A DNA stretch of 64,000 bases from an uncultured Acidobacteriota bacterium (GTDB taxonomy: Bacteria; Acidobacteriota; Vicinamibacteria; Fen-336), in contig CAYTWT010000331.1 of assembly GCA_964442185.1 (NCBI GenBank), forward strand, positions 156 through 64,155. The letters run 5' to 3'. The translations under genes were made by a program, and so were the position numbers. Below the pieces are notes generated by a model that was not told the DNA's origin, did not search any database, and saw only the letters and a list, made by a program, of their open reading frames with translations. Position 1 is the stretch's first letter; each line of letters starts with the position of its first letter. Below, piece after piece: positions 39,996 through 48,799 of the stretch.

Positions 39996-40825
39996 ACGGG
40001 CTCCCGACCGGCTACGGCGCGAACCTCGCGCGGCGGGCGCTCACCGCGCTCGCCACGCTGCCGCCCATTCTGGCCGCGCTCTTCCTCGGACCAAGACTCC
40101 TCGCGGTAGGCCTCGTGGCCTGCGCGCTGCTCGTGGGACTTCACGAGTTCTTCGCCCTGCTGGCGGCGCGGCAGCTCAAGCCGATGCGCCTCACGGGCTA
40201 CGTGCTGGCCACGTCCATGTTTCTCGAGGTCGCCGATCCTGGCTGGCACCCCACGCCGATCTGGCCGCTCGCTGCATTGCTGCTGCTCTCGGTGACGCTC
40301 CAGCGCAACCAGTCGCTCGAGGACACCGTGCCCTCGGCAGCCGGCACGCTACTCGGGGCCGTCTACATGGGAGGGCTCGGCGGGACGATCGCGGCGCTCT
40401 TGCTCGTCGCTCCCCAGGAGCAGGGAGCCTGGCGCGTGGTGTTGCTGCTGGCCATCAGCATGGCGTCCGACACGCTCGCGTTCTTCGTGGGCCACGCTGT
40501 CGGACGGCATCGACTGGCGCCCGCCGTCTCGCCGGGCAAGACGATCGAGGGCGCCGCCGCGGGCCTTTGCGGCGGCGTCCTGGGCGCGCTCGCGGTGCGG
40601 CGGCTCGGCCTGCCGGAGCTCGCGCTCTTCGACGCCGTGGGCCTGGGCGTTCTCGTTTCGCTGATGGGGATCATGGGCGATCTCGACGAGAGCCTGCTGA
40701 AGCGCTGGGCCGGAGTGAAGGACTCGGGCACGCTATTCCCGGGCCACGGCGGGATGCTCGACCGACTCGACGGCCTGCTCTTCGGCGCCCCGGTCCTCTA
40801 CTACTACTTCATCTATCTTTCTTAG
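39992..40825 (+). CDS. cdsA: Phosphatidate cytidylyltransferase
   Basis: SDTLAFFVG, SPGKTIEG, GDLDESLLKR..GVKDSG..FPGHGG.LDRLD; TTGA overlap with uppS. Confidence 0.93.
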   Translation: MNGLPTGYGANLARRALTALATLPPILAALFLGPRLLAVGLVACALLVGLHEFFALLAARQLKPMRLTGYVLATSMFLEVADPGWHPTPIWPLAALLLLSVTLQRNQSLEDTVPSAAGTLLGAVYMGGLGGTIAALLLVAPQEQGAWRVVLLLAISMASDTLAFFVGHAVGRHRLAPAVSPGKTIEGAAAGLCGGVLGALAVRRLGLPELALFDAVGLGVLVSLMGIMGDLDESLLKRWAGVKDSGTLFPGHGGMLDRLDGLLFGAPVLYYYFIYLS

Positions 40826-40923
40826 GCTCTGCCGCGGCCCGGGGTTGCCCTGCGCCGCGCCCGCCTGTACGATATCCAAGTCGCGTCGGCCCCGAGTTTG
40901 CGGGGCCGTTTTGGTTTAGGGGA

Positions 40924-42099
40924 ATGAAGGGGCTCTCCATCCTCGGTTCCACCGGCTCGGTGGGCACCAACGTCCTGCGCATCGTCGATGCTTTTAGCGG
41001 ACGCTTCCGCGTGGTCGGCCTCGCGGCCGGCGCGAACGTGGAGAGGCTGGCGGAGCAGGTGGCACGCTATCGTCCGAAGCTGGTTTCGGTGGCGACGGCG
41101 CCGGCCCGCGAGTCGCTCGCGCGCCTCGTGGATCTCGCCAACGTGCGGGTGGTCGTCGGCTCTGACGGGATGGCAGACGTCGCGACGCATCCCGATGCCC
41201 GCATCGTCGTGGCTGCGGCGGTCGGAGCCGTGGGCCTTGTGCCCACCTGCCGAGCACTCGAGGCCGGCAAGGACGTGGCCCTCGCGAACAAGGAAACACT
41301 GGTGATGGCGGGCGAGCTGATGGTCGCGCGGGCGAAGGAAACCGGCGCGCGCCTGCTGCCCATCGACAGCGAGCACTGCGCGCTGCACCAGTGTCTCGAC
41401 GGCCGCCGGCCCGAGGAGGTACGACGCCTCGTGCTCACGGCCTCGGGTGGCCCGTTCCGCTCGCGCGCCCGGGAAAGTTTCGCGAGCATCACGCCCGCGG
41501 AGGCGCTCAACCACCCGACCTGGTCGATGGGCCGGAAGATCACGATCGACTCGGCCACGCTCATGAACAAGGGCCTCGAGGTGATCGAGGCGCGCTGGCT
41601 CTTCGGGATCCAGGCGGAGCGCGTCGAGATCCTCGTCCACCCCCAGTCCGTGGTGCACTCGATGGTGGAGTTCGTCGACGGCACCGTGCTCGCCCAACTC
41701 GGCGTGACCGACATGCGGCTTCCCATCCAATACGCGCTGTCGTATCCGGAACGCTGGCCGGCCGCGATTCCGGGCATGGATTTCACGAGGCCGATGCGGC
41801 TCGAATTCGAAGCGCCCGATCACGAGCGCTTCCCCTGCCCGCGTCTCGCATACCGCGCGCTTGGCGCAGGCGGAACCCTGCCGGCGGTCCTGAACGCCGC
41901 CAACGAGGAGGCGGTCGCGGCCTTCCTGGCCGGGAGCATCCCTTTCACCGCCATCGCCGAGACGATCGCCGAGACGATGGACGCCCATCGTCCCGCCCCG
42001 CTCGACTCGATCGACACCGTTCTGGCCGCGGACACGTGGGCTCGCGAGGCCTGTCGCGTCGCGCTCAGCCGTCACGCGGCCGCCAGCGCCGCGTCCTAA
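40924..42099 (+). CDS. dxr: 1-deoxy-D-xylulose-5-phosphate reductoisomerase
   Basis: ILGSTGSVG, LANKE, PIDSEH, LTASGGPF, HPTWSMGRKITIDSA, NAANE. Confidence 0.97.
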   Translation: MKGLSILGSTGSVGTNVLRIVDAFSGRFRVVGLAAGANVERLAEQVARYRPKLVSVATAPARESLARLVDLANVRVVVGSDGMADVATHPDARIVVAAAVGAVGLVPTCRALEAGKDVALANKETLVMAGELMVARAKETGARLLPIDSEHCALHQCLDGRRPEEVRRLVLTASGGPFRSRARESFASITPAEALNHPTWSMGRKITIDSATLMNKGLEVIEARWLFGIQAERVEILVHPQSVVHSMVEFVDGTVLAQLGVTDMRLPIQYALSYPERWPAAIPGMDFTRPMRLEFEAPDHERFPCPRLAYRALGAGGTLPAVLNAANEEAVAAFLAGSIPFTAIAETIAETMDAHRPAPLDSIDTVLAADTWAREACRVALSRHAAASAAS

Positions 42100-42118
42100 G
42101 CAAGGTTCTCAAGAGACC

Positions 42119-43435
42119 ATGAATTTCATGACCAATACAGGCTCGCTGATCATCGTTCTCGGGATCGTGATCTTCTTCCACGAGTTCGGCCACTTCATCA
42201 CCGCCAAGGCCTTCGGGATGCGCGTCTTCATCTTCTCGTTCGGATTCGGGAAGCGGCTGCTCGGTTTCAAGTGGGGCGACACGGACTGCCGGCTGTCTCT
42301 GATCCCACTCGGCGGCTACGTGAAGCTCGAGGGCGAGCCCGACGACAAGCTGAGCGAAGACGTGAGCCGGCAAGGCGACGGCCGCGATTTTACCGCTCGG
42401 CCACGCTGGCAGCGCTTCGTCGTCTATCTCGCCGGGCCGGCCATGAACGTCGTGCTGACGCTGCTGGCCTTCACGGTGCTCTATCAGCTCGGCTGGGGAG
42501 TCGATTCGACGCTCTACGACCCCCCGGTCGTCGGTTTCGTCGAAGCGCTCTCGCCCGCGGCGCGAGCGGGCATCGTGCCCGGTGACGAGATCCTCGCCAT
42601 CGATGGCAAGCCGCAAGCTGCGTGGGAAGCGGCGCTCATGACGATCCTGCTGCGGCCCAGTCAGACGCTGCCGTTTCGAATCCGACGCGGCGGTGAAGAA
42701 CTGACGCTCAGCGTTGCGACCGCGGTTAGCGAGCGCAGCGCGGGTGAGATCGGTGTCGTCCCGCTGGTGCGCGTGGGCCAGGTGATCCCGGGCGCTCCGG
42801 CGAGTGTCGCCGGGATCCAGCCGAACGATGGCATTCTCGCTGTCGGCAGCAAGCCCGTGCGGAGCTTTCCGGAGATCCCAGCGCTCCTGGCCGCAGCGCC
42901 CGACGGGCCGCTCAAGGTCCAGGTGTTTCGCGATGGCTCGCTCTTTGAGCTCGACGTCACGCCGCGCGGGGGCAAGATCGGCATCTCGAGCAAAACCACA
43001 TTCCAGCGGCTGGGCCCCTTCGATGCAGCCGTGCAAGCGTTTCGGGAAACCTGGCGCTACACGGTCCAGACGGCCGAACTGATTCGCCAGATCGTCACCG
43101 CCCAGGCCTCCGCCAAGGCCGCGCTCTCGGGCCCTGTCGGCATCGCGCAAGCCTCCGGCGAAGCGGTGCGCAGCGACTCGCCGGTGCGCGCCCTGCTCTT
43201 CGTGATCGCGCTGATCAGCATCAGCGTGGGCATTCTCAACCTGTTTCCGCTCCCCCCGCTCGACGGAGGGCATCTGGCGATTCTCGCTGGCGAGAGCCTG
43301 ATCCGCCGCGACTTCAGCCTGGAGGTCAAGACCTGGATCATGAACGCGGGGGCGATGGCGATGTTCCTGCTGATCGGTCTCGTGCTCTACTCCGACCTCA
43401 GCAAGGTGAGCTGGATCGGCAAGTACCTGCCGTAG
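42119..43435 (+). CDS. rseP: RIP metalloprotease RseP with two PDZ domains
   Basis: HEFGH, GGYVKL, AGPAMN, NLFPLPPLDGGH. Confidence 0.95.
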   Translation: MNFMTNTGSLIIVLGIVIFFHEFGHFITAKAFGMRVFIFSFGFGKRLLGFKWGDTDCRLSLIPLGGYVKLEGEPDDKLSEDVSRQGDGRDFTARPRWQRFVVYLAGPAMNVVLTLLAFTVLYQLGWGVDSTLYDPPVVGFVEALSPAARAGIVPGDEILAIDGKPQAAWEAALMTILLRPSQTLPFRIRRGGEELTLSVATAVSERSAGEIGVVPLVRVGQVIPGAPASVAGIQPNDGILAVGSKPVRSFPEIPALLAAAPDGPLKVQVFRDGSLFELDVTPRGGKIGISSKTTFQRLGPFDAAVQAFRETWRYTVQTAELIRQIVTAQASAKAALSGPVGIAQASGEAVRSDSPVRALLFVIALISISVGILNLFPLPPLDGGHLAILAGESLIRRDFSLEVKTWIMNAGAMAMFLLIGLVLYSDLSKVSWIGKYLP

Positions 43436-43469
43436 ACGTGCACACCCCGGGTTTGCCTACGTAGACGGC
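43429..43469. terminator. Imperfect hairpin between convergent rseP and xdhC
   Basis: GCCGTAGACGT / ACGTAGACGGC arms (9 of 11 complementary); no clear U-tract. Confidence 0.3.
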
Positions 43470-43478
43470 CGTTAGCTG

Positions 43479-44513
43479 CTAGGTCTTCCCGAGCCGGCCG
43501 TTGCGGGCCGCGACGATCTCCGCCATCACGGCCAGCGCTATCTCCTCCGGAGACCGGCCGCCGAGGTCGAGGCCGATGGGGGCCCGCAGCCGGTCCAGGT
43601 GCTCCTGGCTGAGACCCGCCTCCAGCAACCGCTGCCGGCGGCGCTGCTGCGTCTTCTTGCTGCCGAGCGCGCCCACGTAGAACGCCGGACTTCGCAGCGC
43701 CACGCGCAACGCGGGATCGTCCAGCTTCGGGTCGTGGGTGAGCATGGCCACGGCTGCCGAGGCGTTCAGGCCGAGCGCGGCGAGTGCGTCGTCGGGCCAG
43801 TCGGAGATGAGCCGGTCGGCGTGCGGGAAGCGCGCCTCGTTGCCGAACCCGCGGCGCGGGTCCACGACGATCGTGCGGTAGCCGAGGCTCCGCGCCAGCG
43901 TAGTGAGCGCGACCGCGATGTGCACACCACCCACCATCACGAGCGTCGGCGCGGGGAGCACCACTTCGACGAATATCTCGACGGGCGGCAGCGTGTCGCG
44001 TCGCGAGCTTCCCTCCGCGAGCGCCAGGCGCACGGCGGCCTCGACCGCCGTGTCGAGGGCGCTTCCGAGCGAACCCGCGCGGCTGCCGTCGGCTCCAAGC
44101 ATCAACTTGCGCCCCAGCAGATCGTGCGAGCCCGCGATCACCGTGGCGACCGCAAAGGCTCGGTCCGCGAGAAGCGCCTCATGCTGTGCGGCGTAGACGC
44201 CGGCCTCGAGCGGGGCGACGAAGACGTCGATCGAACCGCCGCAGGCGAGTCCCACCGCCCATGCCGTCTCGTCCGCGACGCCGAAGTGGAGCAGCCGGGG
44301 CGCTCCGGTCCGAAGCGTTTCCAGGGCGGCCGCGACGACTGCGCCTTCGACGCAGCCGCCGCTCACCGAGCCAGCGATGGCGCCCGAAGTGATGACCGCC
44401 ATCTTGGCGCCCGGCAGCCGCGGCGCCGAACCCCAGGTTTCCACGACGGTGGCGAGAGCGACCGACTCGCCGGCGGCCTGCCAGCGGTCGATTTCGGGCA
44501 TCACGTCACGCAT
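43479..44513 (-). CDS. xdhC: XdhC/CoxI molybdenum-hydroxylase accessory factor
   Basis: ATVVETWGSAPR..GAKM, GSVSGGCVE, GLACGG, HDPKLD, YVGALGS, PIGLDLGG..PEEIA. Confidence 0.92.
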   Translation of the reverse strand: MRDVMPEIDRWQAAGESVALATVVETWGSAPRLPGAKMAVITSGAIAGSVSGGCVEGAVVAAALETLRTGAPRLLHFGVADETAWAVGLACGGSIDVFVAPLEAGVYAAQHEALLADRAFAVATVIAGSHDLLGRKLMLGADGSRAGSLGSALDTAVEAAVRLALAEGSSRRDTLPPVEIFVEVVLPAPTLVMVGGVHIAVALTTLARSLGYRTIVVDPRRGFGNEARFPHADRLISDWPDDALAALGLNASAAVAMLTHDPKLDDPALRVALRSPAFYVGALGSKKTQQRRRQRLLEAGLSQEHLDRLRAPIGLDLGGRSPEEIALAVMAEIVAARNGRLGKT

Positions 44514-44526
44514 CGCCGTCCTCCGA

Positions 44527-46929
44527 TCATCGGCCCGCGATCCGGGCCACGGCCTTCGCGGCTTCCCGCCGCACGGCGGGCACGTCGTCGCTGGCGGCCA
44601 CGGTGCGCAGCAAAGCGGCCGAAGAGCCGAGCTGGCCCAGGGCTTCGGCCGCCGCCTTGCGCACGGGCGGCTGCGGGTCGGCCAGGAGCCTTTCGAGCCG
44701 GCTCGCTACTACGGCCTGGCCGCGGCCCAGGGCCGCGAGCGCCTTGATGGCGGCGCCGCGCGTGGCCGGGCTGCGCCCTGGGCCGGTCATCTCGAGGGCA
44801 ACCGGCACGGCCCGTCTGTCGCCCAGTTGGCCGAGGGCCTCGAGAGCGGCGATGCGGATCCGATCCGCATGGGACTCGCGCAGGAGCGCCTGCGACAAGG
44901 CTTCCCAGGCGCCCTGCACGCGCAGCGCGCCGATGCTTCGGAGCGCCGCGGCCTGCGCCAGCTCACTCGGGTCGGCGCGCAGCGCCGCACTGAGGTCACC
45001 CGCCACTTCGGCGGCAGGCGCCGAGGCCATGGCGGCGAAGGCGGCTTCACGAACGCGCGGGTCCTTGTCGGAGGTCCCCAGCCGCAGCGCCGCGACCACC
45101 GGAGCGCCGCCGATCGTGCCCAGGCCCTTGGCCGCCTCGACCCGCACTCCCCAGAAGCGATCCCGCGTCAGGGCGGTGGCAAGTGGCGCGAGTGCCTGCT
45201 CACCGCCGTCGCTCGCGAGAGCCCTGGCTGCCAGCGCTCGATCCGCAGCCGTCGGCCCCGACGCCAGGTCGAAGACCCGTTCCTGGATGGGTTTATCGGC
45301 TCGAAGCTGCTTGAGATGAACCGCTCCCGGGTCGACGAGCACGGAGCGGGGCGCCTCGTCCGCAGGCAGCGAGAACTCCTGTTGCGAACGCTCCAGGAAG
45401 ACGCGCTCGACGCGCCAAGTCGAAGCTGTCGCGATCCGCACGTCGAGAGCCAGTTGGAAGAGCAAAGAGGGGCCGGCCTTGTCTTCGACCTGCTCGAGGC
45501 GAAGCACCACCCGCCGGCTGGTCTCATCCCATCGCCAGGAAGCTCGCAGATCGGGATACCCGGCCTCGAGCACCCACTGGGTGAAGAACCAGCTGAGGTT
45601 GTGGCGTGCCGCCTGCTCCATCGCGGCCTGCAGGTCCGCCGAGGTGGCGCTCTTGAAGGCAAAGCGTCGGATGTAGGTGGCTATTCCATTCTGGAAAGCC
45701 GCGTCCCCGATCGTGTGACGGAGCATGCCGAGCACGAGGGCGCCACGCTCGTAGGTGAGGGCGCCGAGCAACTCGTTCGGATCGTCGCTGTCGAACAGCA
45801 TCGGCCGGCTTCGAACCTCGGCGGGCAGTGCCAGGTACTTGTCGGTATTCTGGACGCGGGCGTAGGCTGCGGCGTCGGGGCCCTCAATGTGCTCACGGAA
45901 CAGATCGGAGTAGTACGTCGCAAAACCCTCGGACAGCCAAACATCGTCCCAGCGTGCGGGTGTCACCGTGTCGCCCCACCATTGATGGGCGATCTCGTGT
46001 GCGATCGTGGCTTCGCCCGGGTTGTCGAGCCGGGAGCGCGCGTCGCGCAGGTAGTCGTCCCCGTAGGTGATGGCGGAGACATTCTCCATCGCCCCGAACA
46101 GGAAATCCGCGACGACGGCCTGGCTCAGCTTCGGATAGGGATACGCGAGGCCCGTCTGCTCGCCGAAGAAGCGCAGGATATCCGGGGTGCTGGCGAAGCT
46201 CTCCCGCGCGTCCTCGGCGCGGCCCCGGTAGACGAGGTAGTCGAGCGGAATACTCGCGCGGCCCGCGGTCGCGGACGTAGCGCTGGCGCGGACAGTCTCG
46301 TACTCGCCGGCGACGAAGGAAAGCAGGTAGATCGGCACCGGCTGCTCGAGTCGCCAGTGCCAGGTTTTCGCTCCGCCGCTCGCTGTCGCGCTGACGAGAG
46401 TTCCGTTGCCCGTGGCCTCCCAGTCCTTGGGGATGGTGAGAAGGAGTTCGGTCGTGGTCTTGTCGCTGAGATCGTCATGGCAGGGGATGAAGTAGCGCGC
46501 GTCTTCGGGCCAGCTGTTGGACCAGACCTGGCGCGGGAGGCGAGGCCGCTCTCGCGAAGGGCCGCCCGCGTACACGCCGCGGCCGGCCACTCCCGTGTAG
46601 TCGATGCTGAGCGTGACGATCGCGCCCGCCGCTGCAGCGGGCTCGAGGTGGACGCGCAGGGTCCGTGGCGTCTTCTCGAAGGCGAGGGCCCGCTCGCCGT
46701 TCCCCCGGACGCTGCGGACGTCGAGGCCCACGGCGTCGAGCTCGAGGGTGCCCGTTGCCTCCCGGAGTTTGACCGTCTCCACGACCCGGGCGGTGTAGCG
46801 CGCCGTGTCGATGAAGGTCAGCTCGAGGCGCAGATGCTCGGTATCGAGCTGCGCGTGGGCGGTCGCCACCGTTCCGCAGGAGCCGAACAGAACTGCGCCC
46901 AACACGGAGCGCCGCCAGCCCGTGATCAT
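44527..46929 (-). CDS. Exported M1-family aminopeptidase with C-terminal HEAT repeats
   Basis: GAMEN, HEIAHQWWG...EGFATY (HEXXH-X18-E), YERGA; HEAT repeats (VRVEAAKGLG, VREAA); start 46929 or 46965. Confidence 0.9.
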   Translation of the reverse strand: MITGWRRSVLGAVLFGSCGTVATAHAQLDTEHLRLELTFIDTARYTARVVETVKLREATGTLELDAVGLDVRSVRGNGERALAFEKTPRTLRVHLEPAAAAGAIVTLSIDYTGVAGRGVYAGGPSRERPRLPRQVWSNSWPEDARYFIPCHDDLSDKTTTELLLTIPKDWEATGNGTLVSATASGGAKTWHWRLEQPVPIYLLSFVAGEYETVRASATSATAGRASIPLDYLVYRGRAEDARESFASTPDILRFFGEQTGLAYPYPKLSQAVVADFLFGAMENVSAITYGDDYLRDARSRLDNPGEATIAHEIAHQWWGDTVTPARWDDVWLSEGFATYYSDLFREHIEGPDAAAYARVQNTDKYLALPAEVRSRPMLFDSDDPNELLGALTYERGALVLGMLRHTIGDAAFQNGIATYIRRFAFKSATSADLQAAMEQAARHNLSWFFTQWVLEAGYPDLRASWRWDETSRRVVLRLEQVEDKAGPSLLFQLALDVRIATASTWRVERVFLERSQQEFSLPADEAPRSVLVDPGAVHLKQLRADKPIQERVFDLASGPTAADRALAARALASDGGEQALAPLATALTRDRFWGVRVEAAKGLGTIGGAPVVAALRLGTSDKDPRVREAAFAAMASAPAAEVAGDLSAALRADPSELAQAAALRSIGALRVQGAWEALSQALLRESHADRIRIAALEALGQLGDRRAVPVALEMTGPGRSPATRGAAIKALAALGRGQAVVASRLERLLADPQPPVRKAAAEALGQLGSSAALLRTVAASDDVPAVRREAAKAVARIAGR

Positions 46930-47016
46930 CCTGGGGATCCTGACACGAGGGCGGGGACGGCACAATCATGCCGCCTTCGCGCGCTGCCGCCAGGGCCTGC
47001 GCCGCGCGATCTTCTC

Positions 47017-47298
47017 CTACGGAAGCGTTCTCGCGAGCGCGGCGGAGGAGACGAGCGCGCTGGCGAGCAGGTGCGCGTCGATCCAGCCAATCCCGCGCCG
47101 CATCAACCGCCGCGGCCGCCGCCGCCGCACCGCCTGGATCCGCGGGCCGTCCCCGAACAACGCCTTGAGGTGCTTACGGGCCCCTCGTTCGAGCAGGGCC
47201 CGCAGGCCCATCTCGATGGCGGCCGTCTTCGACTTGGCCTCGGTCTCCCGGAGCGCCCGCTCGAGCAGCTCGGCGTCGAGGTCCAGCGTCGTCCTCAT
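47017..47298 (-). pseudogene. vapB: VapB-type antitoxin fused in frame to an internal VapC (PIN) fragment
   Basis: MRTTLDLDAELLERA...KTAAIEMGL = VapB; continues directly into LMRRGIGWIDAHLLASA = late PIN motif; PIN N-terminus missing. Confidence 0.7.
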
Positions 47299-47333
47299 GC
47301 ATACATAAGTGCAAGAGACATATGCATTGTCAA
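47297..47333 (-). promoter_or_regulatory. vapB promoter/operator
   Basis: TTGACA (47333-47328, minus); inverted repeat ATGCATA-N17-TATGCAT 47297-47327 overlapping start codon. Confidence 0.6.
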
Positions 47334-47371
47334 GTGCCTTCGCGCCTCGCTCGGGAGAGCCGCCCGTAAAC

Positions 47372-47896
47372 CTATTGCGGGTTCGGATCGTCCACGAAGG
47401 CCTCGCCGTCGGGCTCCTCGCCGGGCGGCAGGCGGCCCAACTCGCTGCGCACCAGCTGCTGGTGAAGAACCTCCTCGTCGCGCAACTCGGCGAAGAGCGC
47501 GCTGACCTTGGCGTCCTTCACGTGGGGCAGGGCCGCGACGAAGAACGCGTGAGCCTTCTCTTCGCAGCATAAGGCGATGCCCAGGGCACGGCGCGCGGTC
47601 ATGAAGGCGCGGGCCTCGTCGTAGTCGGGGGCCTCGACGTCGAAGAGCATCGAGCGGCGCACCTCGCGGGGGGCGTCTCCGAACAGCTCCCGGCGGCGCT
47701 CGGCGATCTCGGCGCCGTGCTTCGCCTCGTTTTCGGCCATGAGGCGGAAGAACCTCGCCGGCTCGGGAGTGCGGTGCTGCTCCATCTGGTCGGCCAGTTC
47801 CAGATAGCGCTCGTGGGCCTCCTCCTCGATGAGCGTCGCAAGGTCGAGGGCATCCTTGAGAGAGAGCCCGGACAGTTCGAGGTTCTGGATCGTCAT
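47372..47896 (-). CDS. Ferritin-like (rubrerythrin-type diiron) protein without rubredoxin domain
   Basis: EEEAHERY...ENEAKH and EEKAHAFF...EEVLH diiron motifs; TGATG overlap with korB. Confidence 0.82.
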   Translation of the reverse strand: MTIQNLELSGLSLKDALDLATLIEEEAHERYLELADQMEQHRTPEPARFFRLMAENEAKHGAEIAERRRELFGDAPREVRRSMLFDVEAPDYDEARAFMTARRALGIALCCEEKAHAFFVAALPHVKDAKVSALFAELRDEEVLHQQLVRSELGRLPPGEEPDGEAFVDDPNPQ

Positions 47897-48795
47897 CACT
47901 GGCCTCCGGCCTTGCTGAACAGCTCGAGGATCCGCTCGCGGGGCAGCGCCTTCGGCCGGAGTTCCGCCTGGCGCTGCCGGACGAGGGCGTCGTAGCTGGG
48001 CGGCGGCTCGGGGTTCCTGTAGAAGACGCCCGTGTAGAGCTCCTTCCCGTAGTCGGACGCCAGCGCCATGGCCTTGAGACGGTCGGCGTCGTCGTGACCG
48101 AGGCTCGCCAGCGACTTCATGTGGCCCCTGTGGGCCTTGAGCTGCTGCTCCTCCTCGCCGAAAGTCACGCAGGGCGACTGGACGTTGACGAAGGCGAAGC
48201 CTGGGAAGCGGATTGCCTCCTCGATCACCGATGCCAACCCCGGCATGTCGGCCGGGGTGCCCTGGGCTACGAAACCGGCGCCGTAGGCCAGCACGTAGAG
48301 CAGCGGATTCACCGGCTCTTCCATCGAGCCGTAGCTCGAGGTGACCGTGTGGAGCCCGCGGGGCGAGGTGGGAGAGAGCTGGCCCTTGGTGAGGCCGTAG
48401 ATCTGGTTGTCCATCACGATGTAGGCGAGGTCCACGTTGCGGCGCACCGCGTGGGGGAGATGGCCGCCGCCGATCGAGAAGCCGTCGCCGTCGCCGCCGG
48501 CCACGACGACCAGTAGCTCGGGGTTTGCGATCTTGATGCCCTGGGCGATGGGCAGCGCGCGGCCGTGGACGCTGTTGAAGCCGTAGGCCGTGGTATAGCC
48601 GGGGATGCGGCTCGAGCAGCCGATGCCCGACACGAACGCGATCTCGTGGGGCGGCCGACCCACCTCCGCCAGCGCGCGGTACAGCGCCTGCAGCACGCCG
48701 AAGTCGCCGCAGCCGGGGCACCAGATCGGCTTGAGATCACTCTTGAACTGCTTGGGCTCCCCGGGCCGGGTCGGCGGCGGCAGCGTCGTGCTCAT
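47896..48795 (-). CDS. korB: 2-oxoacid:ferredoxin oxidoreductase beta subunit
   Basis: WCPGCGDFG, SGIGCSSR, HGRALP, GGDGDGFSIG, DNQIYGLTKGQ.SPT, SPCVTF. Confidence 0.93.
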   Translation of the reverse strand: MSTTLPPPTRPGEPKQFKSDLKPIWCPGCGDFGVLQALYRALAEVGRPPHEIAFVSGIGCSSRIPGYTTAYGFNSVHGRALPIAQGIKIANPELLVVVAGGDGDGFSIGGGHLPHAVRRNVDLAYIVMDNQIYGLTKGQLSPTSPRGLHTVTSSYGSMEEPVNPLLYVLAYGAGFVAQGTPADMPGLASVIEEAIRFPGFAFVNVQSPCVTFGEEEQQLKAHRGHMKSLASLGHDDADRLKAMALASDYGKELYTGVFYRNPEPPPSYDALVRQRQAELRPKALPRERILELFSKAGGQ

Positions 48796-48799
48796 CGCA

